Origin: an uncultured Verrucomicrobiae bacterium
GTDB taxonomy: Bacteria > Verrucomicrobiota > Verrucomicrobiia > Chthoniobacterales > Chthoniobacteraceae
Assembly (NCBI GenBank): GCA_963769025.1
Contig: CAVYKI010000012.1
Span: 96,001-160,000 of the forward strand
Direction: 5' to 3'
DNA length: 64,000 bases
The notes beneath the pieces are model-generated. The model saw only the letters and a program-made list of their open reading frames with translations. It was not told the DNA's origin and searched no databases. Positions 51,354-60,111 of the stretch are shown here, in pieces. Within the stretch, counting starts at the first letter, position 1. Every line of letters starts with the position of its first letter. A program made the position numbers and the translations under genes.

Positions 51354-52487
51354 TCAGAGGCTGAACTCCGCCCAAACCGCCGCGTGATCGCTCGCGGCGT
51401 CCTTGTCGCCTGTCACCGTCGGAAACCGCGTGTTCGCCGGCGTGTTCCTGCGGAACACGCCGCGGCGCTCGATCTCCACCTTGCTGCACGCGGTGAATAG
51501 CGGTTTCGAGACGAGCAAATAATCGATCGGCTGGTTCGCGGCGGCATCGTCGCGGTGCGTCCAGCGATCCGCACCAGTGGGCAGTTTCTCGAAAACACTC
51601 CGCAGATTCGGCATGCCGGCGAGCAGCGGGGCGAGCGAGGCCGAAGCCGGCAGCTCATTGAAATCCCCGCACACCGCCACGAGATCCTTCGTCAGGTCGA
51701 ACCGTCCCAGGATTTTCTTCACCTGCGCCGACTCGCGCTCCCGCTTCCGGTCATTGCCCGCCTTGCTCCCAAAGCCGCGGCTCTTGAAATGATTGCACAG
51801 CACCCACAGCACCTTTCCACCCGGCAATTGCACGGCAAACTCCGCGCAGTCGCGCGAAAACCGCGCCTTCGATGCCACGTTCGGCTGCGCCGCAGACTTC
51901 GGCAGCGCGTCATCGACATGGCTGCGCATGTCGCCGATGGCAAAATGGCTGAACAGCCCCACATCGATCCCTCGCGGGTCATTCCCATCGATCAGCATCT
52001 TGTGCCGGTAGCGCTTTGCCGGCTTGAGGAACCGCTCGTTGAATTCCATCAACGCCGGACGGCTCTCCACCTCCACGGCGCAGAGCACATCCGCATTCAC
52101 CGCCTCGATCACCCGCGCCGTGTTCTCGATCGCAGCCGTCGAGACCAGTTCCCGCTCCAGTTCGATCCATCCGGCCCAATCTGCGCGCCCGCCCGCCTTG
52201 ATCTGCGAGATATTCGTCGTCCCGAGCGGCGTGCCCTGCCGCTGCGAATACAGCTTTCCGCGCACCTGCTGGATGAAGAACGGCCGCTTCGCCTCATTCT
52301 CCACATCATGCTTCGTGAGCAGAGCCATGATGTCCGCCTTATCCTGCGCGGCATAAACCGGCTTCGCAAAAAGCTCATTCAGCCGCTGCACGTCCTCCAG
52401 AATCGCCTTCGCAGCCGCAGTGGTCGCGAGGTTCAGGACCTTCGCCCGACGGAAAAGATTTTGGACGTTGTAGGTGGCGAGGCGCAT
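51354..52487 (-). CDS. Endonuclease/exonuclease/phosphatase (EEP) family protein
   Basis: ATYNVQNLF, VEVE, GNDPRGIDV, NHFKS, GDFNE, IDY and SDH. The ATG overlaps the upstream TGA (TGATG). Confidence 0.9.
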   Translation of the reverse strand: MRLATYNVQNLFRRAKVLNLATTAAAKAILEDVQRLNELFAKPVYAAQDKADIMALLTKHDVENEAKRPFFIQQVRGKLYSQRQGTPLGTTNISQIKAGGRADWAGWIELERELVSTAAIENTARVIEAVNADVLCAVEVESRPALMEFNERFLKPAKRYRHKMLIDGNDPRGIDVGLFSHFAIGDMRSHVDDALPKSAAQPNVASKARFSRDCAEFAVQLPGGKVLWVLCNHFKSRGFGSKAGNDRKRERESAQVKKILGRFDLTKDLVAVCGDFNELPASASLAPLLAGMPNLRSVFEKLPTGADRWTHRDDAAANQPIDYLLVSKPLFTACSKVEIERRGVFRRNTPANTRFPTVTGDKDAASDHAAVWAEFSL

Positions 52488-55400
52488 CAGGACGGGCGCG
52501 GTTTCAGCACGAAATTCGGAGACCCGTAGTGGAGATAGTCGGCCCAGTCGGCGCTGCCGGATTCCTGCACAACGCGTCGCGCGCCAGTCACGCAAGGCCC
52601 GAGCGGCTGGCCGGCGAGCAGACCTTGGTAAAAGGATTCGGCGAATTTGCATGCCGGGCCGTCGCCGACGGGCCAGTAGGTCCCGAGGAAATTTGCGACG
52701 CCGCCACGCATGAACGCCTCGGCCACGCTGACGAGACCGAGCAGCCGATCGGGATGGGACTTCGCGGTTCCACCCCGCGCCACACCGCGGACACGCGCGG
52801 ATTCGCAGGCATTGAAAAATACAAGCAAGGGGAGCTGGCCCAGCCCTGCAACGTCGGCTCCGCTGAGGACTGACGGATTGTCCGGGCTCGGCGGCGCGCA
52901 GATGAGGCCGCTTTGCGCGGGCGCATCCGGGTCGAAAAACGCGTGTCCGGCGTAGTGGACCACGTCGAACTCGCCGGAACGGAAGTGATCGAGCAGCCGC
53001 GGGCGCGTCGCTTCGGCCTCCCGCAGCTCGGTCAGGACAATGTCGCGCCGTTCCGTGAACAGCGCGCGGATGCGTTCCCCTTCCTCGACGGCGCCTTCGA
53101 GGTCGCCGGTGGGATTGACGACGAGGAGCACGCGGAGCTTTTCATCGCGGCGCCGGGCCTCGACCCATTTTGCCACGGAAAGATTCGCCGCGGCGTACTG
53201 CCGCGAGAGGCCCGGTCCGCGCGCTGGCGCATACTCGCCCGCAGGTCCGAGACGGAGGGTTTCCCACGGGATGCGCGAGGCTTCCTCGTCGTGAACAAGG
53301 ATGATCGGCGTCTCGCGGTCATTGAGAAGCAGGTCGCGATGGGTCGGATGGAGCAGCAGCTCGGCGATGCGTTCGCCGCTTTGTCCGACCTCGTCGGCGC
53401 TGACATCGTCGCCCCAACTCGTCGGCTTCACCGGGTCGAGGATGGACTGCAGTTCGGCCTTGGACACCGTCTGGACTTCACGAGGCGTGGCGGATCGGCC
53501 GCCCGGGGAAATGAGCGTGGTTTCAAATTTCAAGGCGGCGGTCTCGTGCGTGACACGCACAAACAGGTAGGCCGGATCGCGCCCCATCTTGCCCGCATTG
53601 GCAGCGGAGACCGTGCGGTGCTCCAGGATGGCGGGCGGCGGCAGCGTGCGTTCGTCGAGCCGCACCTGCACGGAGTCGAAGAGCGGCGTGGGCAGCAGAT
53701 CGAGCAGGGCTTGGCGCAGCGTCGCGAAACGGACCGGGTCCGCCTCGCAGAGAGTGACGCGGCGGAAACGCCGGCGGTGGGGCGAGTCGGCGAGGCCGCG
53801 CAGGAAACCCCGCATGAAGTGCGTGAGCCCCTGGCGCATGAGCGCCGGGCCCGCCTCGGCGAGATTGCCAAAGAGCAGCGTCGCAAACTCCGAAACACCC
53901 GCGCCGAGCAGAGTGCGCAGGGTGTTCTCCGCGACCAGTTCGAGCGTGTCCCACGCGAGTTCGCCGGAGGCTTTCAGGAAGCTGTCCATCGGGCCGAGGC
54001 CGGCGACAGCCACGATGTCGCTGCGCAGAGGATGGCGCCCGGTCGGCAGGACGAACATCCCACCCACGTTCGAGCTAAACATGCGGCGCTGGATCATATC
54101 GGCGAGCACGCCGTCCATCTTCGCATCCACGGCCTGGCCGGCGCGGCCGAGATCCATGTTTTGGAATCTGGCGAGGACGATGGCCTCGGAATCGACCTCC
54201 GCGATGTCGCCTTGGGCAAGCTCGATCTCGAGGTATAGCTGGGTCTCCCGCGAGACGACGAAACCATGCAGCGGAGCCGCTTCGGCCGGTGCGGGCGCCG
54301 CTCCGGCGGCGGGCAGCGCGACGCCGAGGCCGAGGGGCGCATCGAGCACCCCGCGCAGGCGGGCCGCGGCTTCGCTCACGCTCGAGGGGCCCGGGATGGA
54401 ACGTACGCGCGCTGCGCTGCGCGAGCGGCTGCCCATCTGTTCGTCAGTCACCCAATCCACCGGCGCGGGCCGCACGATGGGGAGCGCGTTGGGGAGCGCG
54501 GTGACGGCCTCGCCTTTGAAAAGCTGGACGACCGCCTGCTTCACGGAGTCATTCATCGTCAGCGTTCCGTGGCCGTGCTTCACGTAGAAGACCTGTGCAT
54601 CCTTCAACTCCGGAAGCCGCGCGGAGGCGAGCGGCACGGTGCCATCGCCCACAAAACTGCGCTGGTAGCGCATGCCGCCCCCGGGGATGCGCTCGCCGCG
54701 GACAATCGTCTCCTGGTCGATCCCGGCGATGAGCCGCCAGTCGGCCGGAGCCGGCGCGAGCAGCGAGCCGACCGACGCGGCTTCCGCGAGCACGTCGGCA
54801 ACGACCCGCGGCGATGCGGGCCAGAGGGAAGGATCGTGCCAGTTGAGGCCATTGGCGATCGGCCCGAGCGGAAGCATTTGCGCGAGCCCCGGAAAGGTGG
54901 CGAACACCTTCTCGGTAAGCTCGACATTGCTGTCCGCCAGGTCGAGCCCGCTGATTTTTGAGGCGAGATCATGCACGCCACGCAGGGCTAGCACGGGCGA
55001 GTAGGAGCCGAAATTCGGCGTGCCCATCATCACCACCGTGCCGATGTTCGCCGCGCCTTGCTTGAGCGCAGCCCTGGCGACGAGCCCGCCCATGCTGTGG
55101 GCGGCGAGATGCACCTTGCCCGGGCCGAGCGACGCGAGCCTGGCCTTCAGTGCGGCGCCGAGTTCACGCAGGTTCAGCCGCCAGTCGAACGGAAAATAGT
55201 CCGCATCGAAGCCCGCAGCCTGAAGCGTCAGCTTCAAGCCCAGATAGACCAGCGGGAACGGATCGAGCGCGATGATCTTTTTCTTCGAGGGGATGGCCAG
55301 CAGTTTGAGCCGGCCGATGAGCACATCGAGCGGATCGATCCACAGGGTGTCGTGGAAGAACGAGAGGATCGGCCGCCTGTATCCGAGCGTGGAGCCCATG

Positions 55401-55666
55401 ATGCCCGGCAGCACGAGCGCCTTGGGCCGCACGGCGCGCGTCCCGCGCGTGGTGGACTGCGCCGCACGCGCCAGGCGCAGCATCTCCGGGAGCTGCGGGC
55501 CAAAGTAGAGTTCCATCTCCGCATCGACCTCGCCGGCAGCCAGTCGCCGCTCGATCTCGTCGATCGTCATGGTGAATATGCTCGGGGGCGGCGGCGGTGC
55601 GGACCGCGGCTTTCGCCCGCGGACACGCTTGGGAGCACGACCGGTGGGTTTGCGTCGGGTCTTCAT
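52487..55666 (-). CDS. Alpha/beta-hydrolase (LCAT/PGAP1-like lipase) + macro/M17-N-like domain + CHAT protease fusion
   Basis: PGIMGS, FDWRL, AHSMGG, GTPNFGS and GDGTVP; then QGDIAEVDSEAIV...VAGLG; then IPWETL, VVHYAGH, FFNACES and GTYWPVGD. Confidence 0.88.
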   Translation of the reverse strand: MKTRRKPTGRAPKRVRGRKPRSAPPPPPSIFTMTIDEIERRLAAGEVDAEMELYFGPQLPEMLRLARAAQSTTRGTRAVRPKALVLPGIMGSTLGYRRPILSFFHDTLWIDPLDVLIGRLKLLAIPSKKKIIALDPFPLVYLGLKLTLQAAGFDADYFPFDWRLNLRELGAALKARLASLGPGKVHLAAHSMGGLVARAALKQGAANIGTVVMMGTPNFGSYSPVLALRGVHDLASKISGLDLADSNVELTEKVFATFPGLAQMLPLGPIANGLNWHDPSLWPASPRVVADVLAEAASVGSLLAPAPADWRLIAGIDQETIVRGERIPGGGMRYQRSFVGDGTVPLASARLPELKDAQVFYVKHGHGTLTMNDSVKQAVVQLFKGEAVTALPNALPIVRPAPVDWVTDEQMGSRSRSAARVRSIPGPSSVSEAAARLRGVLDAPLGLGVALPAAGAAPAPAEAAPLHGFVVSRETQLYLEIELAQGDIAEVDSEAIVLARFQNMDLGRAGQAVDAKMDGVLADMIQRRMFSSNVGGMFVLPTGRHPLRSDIVAVAGLGPMDSFLKASGELAWDTLELVAENTLRTLLGAGVSEFATLLFGNLAEAGPALMRQGLTHFMRGFLRGLADSPHRRRFRRVTLCEADPVRFATLRQALLDLLPTPLFDSVQVRLDERTLPPPAILEHRTVSAANAGKMGRDPAYLFVRVTHETAALKFETTLISPGGRSATPREVQTVSKAELQSILDPVKPTSWGDDVSADEVGQSGERIAELLLHPTHRDLLLNDRETPIILVHDEEASRIPWETLRLGPAGEYAPARGPGLSRQYAAANLSVAKWVEARRRDEKLRVLLVVNPTGDLEGAVEEGERIRALFTERRDIVLTELREAEATRPRLLDHFRSGEFDVVHYAGHAFFDPDAPAQSGLICAPPSPDNPSVLSGADVAGLGQLPLLVFFNACESARVRGVARGGTAKSHPDRLLGLVSVAEAFMRGGVANFLGTYWPVGDGPACKFAESFYQGLLAGQPLGPCVTGARRVVQESGSADWADYLHYGSPNFVLKPRPS

Positions 55667-55679
55667 GACAGGGGCGGAG

Positions 55680-57035
55680 CTAGGTGTTTTCGAGCAGCAC
55701 GTAGGGGATCACCACCCGCTTCCACTTGTCGCCGTGATACCGGCGGGCGAGATCGGTCGCGAGTGCGATGAAGCTGCCCCATTGGTCCGGATGCAGCGTC
55801 TGGCAACCGAGGCTCGACGTGCCGTGGTAGCTGCCGCAATGGATGTTGATTCCGAAATTTCCGGTGTCCTTGTAGTTCTCCCTCTTGCCGTCGCGCGTGA
55901 CGGTCACCTTCCCCGCACGCTGGCAGAGCGCGAGGTACTTGCCGTTGTGGATGTCGAACCGATGGACGAACCACGCACCGGGATCGAGCGAGGCGATGCC
56001 CTTGGTGTCCTCCGCGAAGCCCTGCCCCGGCCGGATTCTCGATGGGTCCGTGTTTCCATTGAAGTTCGCAAAGCTGTCCGGCGAATCGATGAAGATCGCG
56101 TCGTCGTACATCCCGCGATCGTTCACCCCCGGCGCGCCCATGGTGTCACGGTAGTAGCCGCGGATGCCGACGACGATGAGCGGATGCGTTGCGCGATCGA
56201 TGGCGAATGGCGCGAGCTTCGCCGAGAGTTCCTGCTGGCTCATGTTCGGCTTCGCGCCCGGCAGCTCGCCGCCGCGCGTGCGCACAGGCGCCGTTCCTCG
56301 GGAACGGGTTGCGAGCAGCACCGCATCGGGTTCTGGACGTTTCGATTTCTTGCGGGCTTTCGGGCGCCTGGCTTTGCCGCGACTCCGCGGCGCGCCCATC
56401 GCGTCGATCTCCACCTGGGCTGCGGGCGTGAATTGCTTCACGTTGTCGCGGTAGTTCCGCGCAGCCTGTCCGCCGCCATTGTACGCGCGCACCGCCTCCC
56501 ATAGGTTTCCCCCGTTGCTCCGGTAATTGCCTTTGAGTTCGCCGATGACGCGGCGCAGGCACACCTCGAAGTCGTACCACTGCCGGAACCGGAAGTACGC
56601 CTCGTCCTCGATCACGAATTGCAGGTCGTATTGGAAGATGCCGTAGCCTTTGTAGATCCAGTGCTTCGGACCCATCCCGCGCATTGCGCGCGTGGCATTG
56701 GCCTCCTCGACGAGCATTTCGCCAAAGGCGCGATCGTAACGGTCGTAGAACGCCTCGGTGTTCCGTGGAAACGCACTGCGGCTCGTGCCGGCAACCTCGC
56801 CGGACGCATCGAGGACGCAACGCGCGACGACTTCGTCCGGCGAAATTTTGCTGCCCGGCTTGGTGACCAGCGGCAACCAAAAATAGGCTGTCTCCTGGCA
56901 GACGATCCCGCAGAGCAGCGCGGGGCTGAATGGCGTCCCATCCGTCGCGGCGCGGATGCTTCCGCCGAAGTGGGTCATGAGCCAGTTGGTGGCTTTGCGG
57001 GCACTGTTGAGGGAGATAGGCAGGTCTTCGGGCAT
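55680..57035 (-). CDS. Two-domain putative cell-wall enzyme: lysozyme/SLT-like N-domain + YkuD/L,D-transpeptidase-like C-domain
   Basis: CQET, GYGIFQYD and AVRAYNGG; basic linker; GINIH...SSLGCQ. No signal peptide. Confidence 0.65.
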   Translation of the reverse strand: MPEDLPISLNSARKATNWLMTHFGGSIRAATDGTPFSPALLCGIVCQETAYFWLPLVTKPGSKISPDEVVARCVLDASGEVAGTSRSAFPRNTEAFYDRYDRAFGEMLVEEANATRAMRGMGPKHWIYKGYGIFQYDLQFVIEDEAYFRFRQWYDFEVCLRRVIGELKGNYRSNGGNLWEAVRAYNGGGQAARNYRDNVKQFTPAAQVEIDAMGAPRSRGKARRPKARKKSKRPEPDAVLLATRSRGTAPVRTRGGELPGAKPNMSQQELSAKLAPFAIDRATHPLIVVGIRGYYRDTMGAPGVNDRGMYDDAIFIDSPDSFANFNGNTDPSRIRPGQGFAEDTKGIASLDPGAWFVHRFDIHNGKYLALCQRAGKVTVTRDGKRENYKDTGNFGINIHCGSYHGTSSLGCQTLHPDQWGSFIALATDLARRYHGDKWKRVVIPYVLLENT

Positions 57036-57139
57036 GGTTTGGATGGGTTGGGTTGGTCAGCGGAAAAGGCGCAGTCAGGCATTGGCCGCCGCGAATCCAC
57101 GGACCGGGTCGGTTCCGCGACGCGGCGAACCGAATTGCT

Positions 57140-58018
57140 TCATCGGGATGCGGTGGTGGCCGGACGCTCCTTCGAGCCGGCCTTCGGTCTGGCGTTCCTG
57201 ATCTCGAGGGTGAAAGGCGGTTCGTTCTCGAACGCCTTGTTCGGCGCGCCGATCACGAAGTAGTTGGGAGTCTGATCCCTCGACATGCGCGCGGCGATAT
57301 GGTCGCGGAAGTTCCTGTAGTTCCCACGAAACCGGCCGTCGGCCCAGACCTGCTTCAAGGCGCCGGTGAAAGCCCCGTTGAAGTCGCCATCCCGCGAGAG
57401 CTGCCGGTCCTGACAGCCGGAAATCAGAAGGACGGTGGCTTTGACATCCTGCTGTTCCGCTCCGGTCACACGTCGCTGGATTGCATCGTATCGGGTCTTG
57501 TTTTTTTCATAGACCTCCTTTGCCTTGGCCGGCGGGAGGAGGCGCGCCCGCCCTTTGGGCATTCGCTCGAACGCGCGCGTCACAGAGCCGCTGTGGCAGC
57601 TGTCCGACAGGACGAGAATGCGCACCCCCGCCCTGAACCGCGCATACAGCGCGGCGAGTTCGTCATCGATCAGTTCCCGATCAAAAAGACACCATGTCTC
57701 GTCCATGCCGTCCGCCGTATCGCCGAAGCGCCCTTCATCGCCATTCGTATCGGGCACCTGCCCGCCGTGGCCGGAGTAGGTGAGGAAGAAAGTGTCGCCG
57801 CTTTTCAACGACTTCGCCGCACTCAGTATCGCCTGCTGCACCGCCTTGGCAGTGACTTGCTTTCGCAACAGCGTCCGCGGCTTGAAACCGCAGGATTTCG
57901 CGAGCGCCGTCATGTCTTTCGCGTCAGCTTCGCAGGCGAATAGTTCACCGTCCCAGCCCGCGTAGTGCTTGGGATCGACATAGTTGAGCCCGAGGTGGAG
58001 TGAGATTCCTATTTTCAT
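57140..58018 (-). CDS. Caspase family (peptidase C14, metacaspase-like) protein
   Basis: TYSGHGGQ (catalytic His), SDSCHSG (catalytic Cys), DETWCLFD, ISGCQDRQ and GAFT. Confidence 0.92.
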   Translation of the reverse strand: MKIGISLHLGLNYVDPKHYAGWDGELFACEADAKDMTALAKSCGFKPRTLLRKQVTAKAVQQAILSAAKSLKSGDTFFLTYSGHGGQVPDTNGDEGRFGDTADGMDETWCLFDRELIDDELAALYARFRAGVRILVLSDSCHSGSVTRAFERMPKGRARLLPPAKAKEVYEKNKTRYDAIQRRVTGAEQQDVKATVLLISGCQDRQLSRDGDFNGAFTGALKQVWADGRFRGNYRNFRDHIAARMSRDQTPNYFVIGAPNKAFENEPPFTLEIRNARPKAGSKERPATTASR

Positions 58019-58240
58019 GGGATGGACGTGCGTTGATTTGTTGTTCGAAAATCGATGACCGGCGTCAGGTCGCGGACTCCATCAGCCTCGGCCCTGCATT
58101 CCTCCGGCAATTGCGCCCGGCGGTGGGGATGATGCAATCCTCGCTCACAGCAAAAGGGATGCGGAACGCCAACCGCATCGTGCTTCGAAAGTTCATCCTC
58201 AGCTTCAAAGGGCTCATCGCTGGCTTGGAGGGTGGCATGG

Positions 58241-59341
58241 CTAATTGAAATCGATCGAGAAACCGGCGCCGATGATGTTTCCCTGTTTGTAAGTCGGAGC
58301 CAGCTCGCCCACGGTGTATTTGATGGCAAAACTGGTTTTCGCACCGGGTTTGTCCAAGAGCAGGTGAAGGTATTTCGCCTCAAAGAAAGGGTGGAAGCCC
58401 CGGTCGGAACCATCAATGTCGTAGTGGCCGTTGAATACAAATGCGATGCGATCGTTCTTAAAGATGCCGGTCTCCCATTCCGCTCGGATTGCGATCCGGT
58501 TCTTGTCATTACCACTTGCCGCGCCCGAGACCTTGCGGGCGGTGACATAGCCATAGCCCGCGGATACATCAAGGTGGCGCGCGTTATTGGTATTCTGTTG
58601 GCCAAAGCGGAGCACCTTGAAGGGAGCATCAAGGATCGGATTCAGGAAGCTGGTGGTGGCCGCTAGGGACGCTCCGACCGCGAGATCCTGATCCTTGCCA
58701 TCCTGCGTGGTCTCCCACTTTGCGCTGGCTTTCGCATAGATCCACAATGGGGACTGAACTTGTGCCGCCAGGTTTCGGCCTAGTGGAATGTCAGGATTGA
58801 GTTTCCGATCGCTGCCGGTGCCCGTGCTCCAGATATTGCCGGTTGCCTGGGCGGGTGCCGGCCTCTCGAGTATCCATAGTGGGTCGAATTTCAACGCCGC
58901 CTCGGTCGTAATGCTGTCGAGTTGGTTTTTGCTCGGATCGGTGACCAAGAAACCCTCTCCCTTTAGCGATGCCTTCCATGTTCGCTCAAGGGCCGCGCTT
59001 GTCCGCGCCGCATCCGATGTCAGATTCTGTTCGAAATGGAACTTGTACTCGATTCCAAACTCACCCTTTGATGCCTCAATTGCCCGGAAATCAATCTGAA
59101 CATTCTCCGTGTCCAGAAGGCCGAATATCTTTTCCCCACGCCCATCCTCTTTGCCTTTCTCTTTCGTGCCTGCCGAGTCCTTTCCAACTCCCGTTTTCGC
59201 GGAAGCTGCGCCTTCCTCACTCGGCTCGCCTGTCTTTGGCAGCTTTCCGTCTGGAGTCCCGCCTTTCTTCGTCGGCGGATTGGCTGCGGCATCGAGAACC
59301 GCCAACGCAAGCGCTGCGATTATCGAAATGGTCGCTTTCAT
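58241..59341 (-). CDS. Secreted hypothetical protein, probable outer-membrane beta-barrel
   Basis: Signal MKATISIIAALALAVLDAAA, alternating beta-strand pattern and C-terminal GAGFSIDFN. Visibly lower GC. Confidence 0.6.
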   Translation of the reverse strand: MKATISIIAALALAVLDAAANPPTKKGGTPDGKLPKTGEPSEEGAASAKTGVGKDSAGTKEKGKEDGRGEKIFGLLDTENVQIDFRAIEASKGEFGIEYKFHFEQNLTSDAARTSAALERTWKASLKGEGFLVTDPSKNQLDSITTEAALKFDPLWILERPAPAQATGNIWSTGTGSDRKLNPDIPLGRNLAAQVQSPLWIYAKASAKWETTQDGKDQDLAVGASLAATTSFLNPILDAPFKVLRFGQQNTNNARHLDVSAGYGYVTARKVSGAASGNDKNRIAIRAEWETGIFKNDRIAFVFNGHYDIDGSDRGFHPFFEAKYLHLLLDKPGAKTSFAIKYTVGELAPTYKQGNIIGAGFSIDFN

Positions 59342-59368
59342 TGAGGGCGGATAGGTTTGCATCCGGGT

Positions 59369-59716
59369 TCAGGGGAGAAAGGGTGGGAACACCGCCTTCT
59401 TGGCCCAGTTGGCAGCCACCTTGGAGTTTTTGACGTCGTCATCTGCTAGTTCAGAGAGGACGTTGCTCATGCTCAAAGTTACCCCCAAGGAAGCGAGCAC
59501 ACGGCTGAAATTGTAGGCAAATCTCTGCTTGCTGCGGTTACGCACCTCGGAATTCTCCCCCCAGCGAAGGTTGCCGACATTGCTCTCCAGAAAATTTTCA
59601 AACCCGCTGTCTGTCTCGGGATAAGGATTCACATCATCGAGAGGGTTATCGCTCACTCCGAAGTAGAGGGACTCCATCTTTCGGGTTTTTTGATCCAAGT
59701 TAGGCTGTGTTGGCAT
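59369..59716 (-). CDS. Small acidic hypothetical protein (115 aa)
   Basis: ATG-initiated open frame in AT-richer DNA, co-oriented and 27 bp upstream of the next gene. Confidence 0.6.
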   Translation of the reverse strand: MPTQPNLDQKTRKMESLYFGVSDNPLDDVNPYPETDSGFENFLESNVGNLRWGENSEVRNRSKQRFAYNFSRVLASLGVTLSMSNVLSELADDDVKNSKVAANWAKKAVFPPFLP

Positions 59717-59969
59717 TGGTACGGGTGTTATGTTTTTTTTGTGATCGCCCGCATTTCCGGGCCTCCGTTCTCAGGAAATGCCCGCGTTGCTGGAAGCAAT
59801 GGGGCGGTCGTGGCCACGGAGGATTTGACGCATCAGATCAATGGCCCCCTGCGTCCAAAAGTAGGCACTCTGGATATCGCTTTCCTTTCCGTGGCGCTTG
59901 CGGTTCGTAATCATCCGGAACTTCGGCATGTCGCAGAGGAGAGCAGGAACCGTTTAGGGTTCGCAATCG

Positions 59970-60086
59970 GGTGAACTCCTGAATTTTACGGGGTGTTCCC
60001 CCTATTCTCCAGAAGGCTGAATTCAGTGGCACAAAATGGCCGTTTTCACTCGGTGAACGCCCCGGTGTTTTACGGGTAGCTTGACA
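59970..60086. promoter_or_regulatory. Imperfect direct repeats GGTGAAC-N7/9-TTTTACGGG (59970-59992, 60052-60076) next to a TTGACA -35 box (60081-60086)
   Basis: Read from the divergent intergenic region. The -10 match is poor. Confidence 0.4.
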
Positions 60087-60111
60087 AATCCGGCATGGGC
60101 AATACACCCGC

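Noticed and set aside
55680..57035. Prophage lysis cassette
   Set aside because: No holin, spanin, structural or replication genes flank the lysozyme-like gene.
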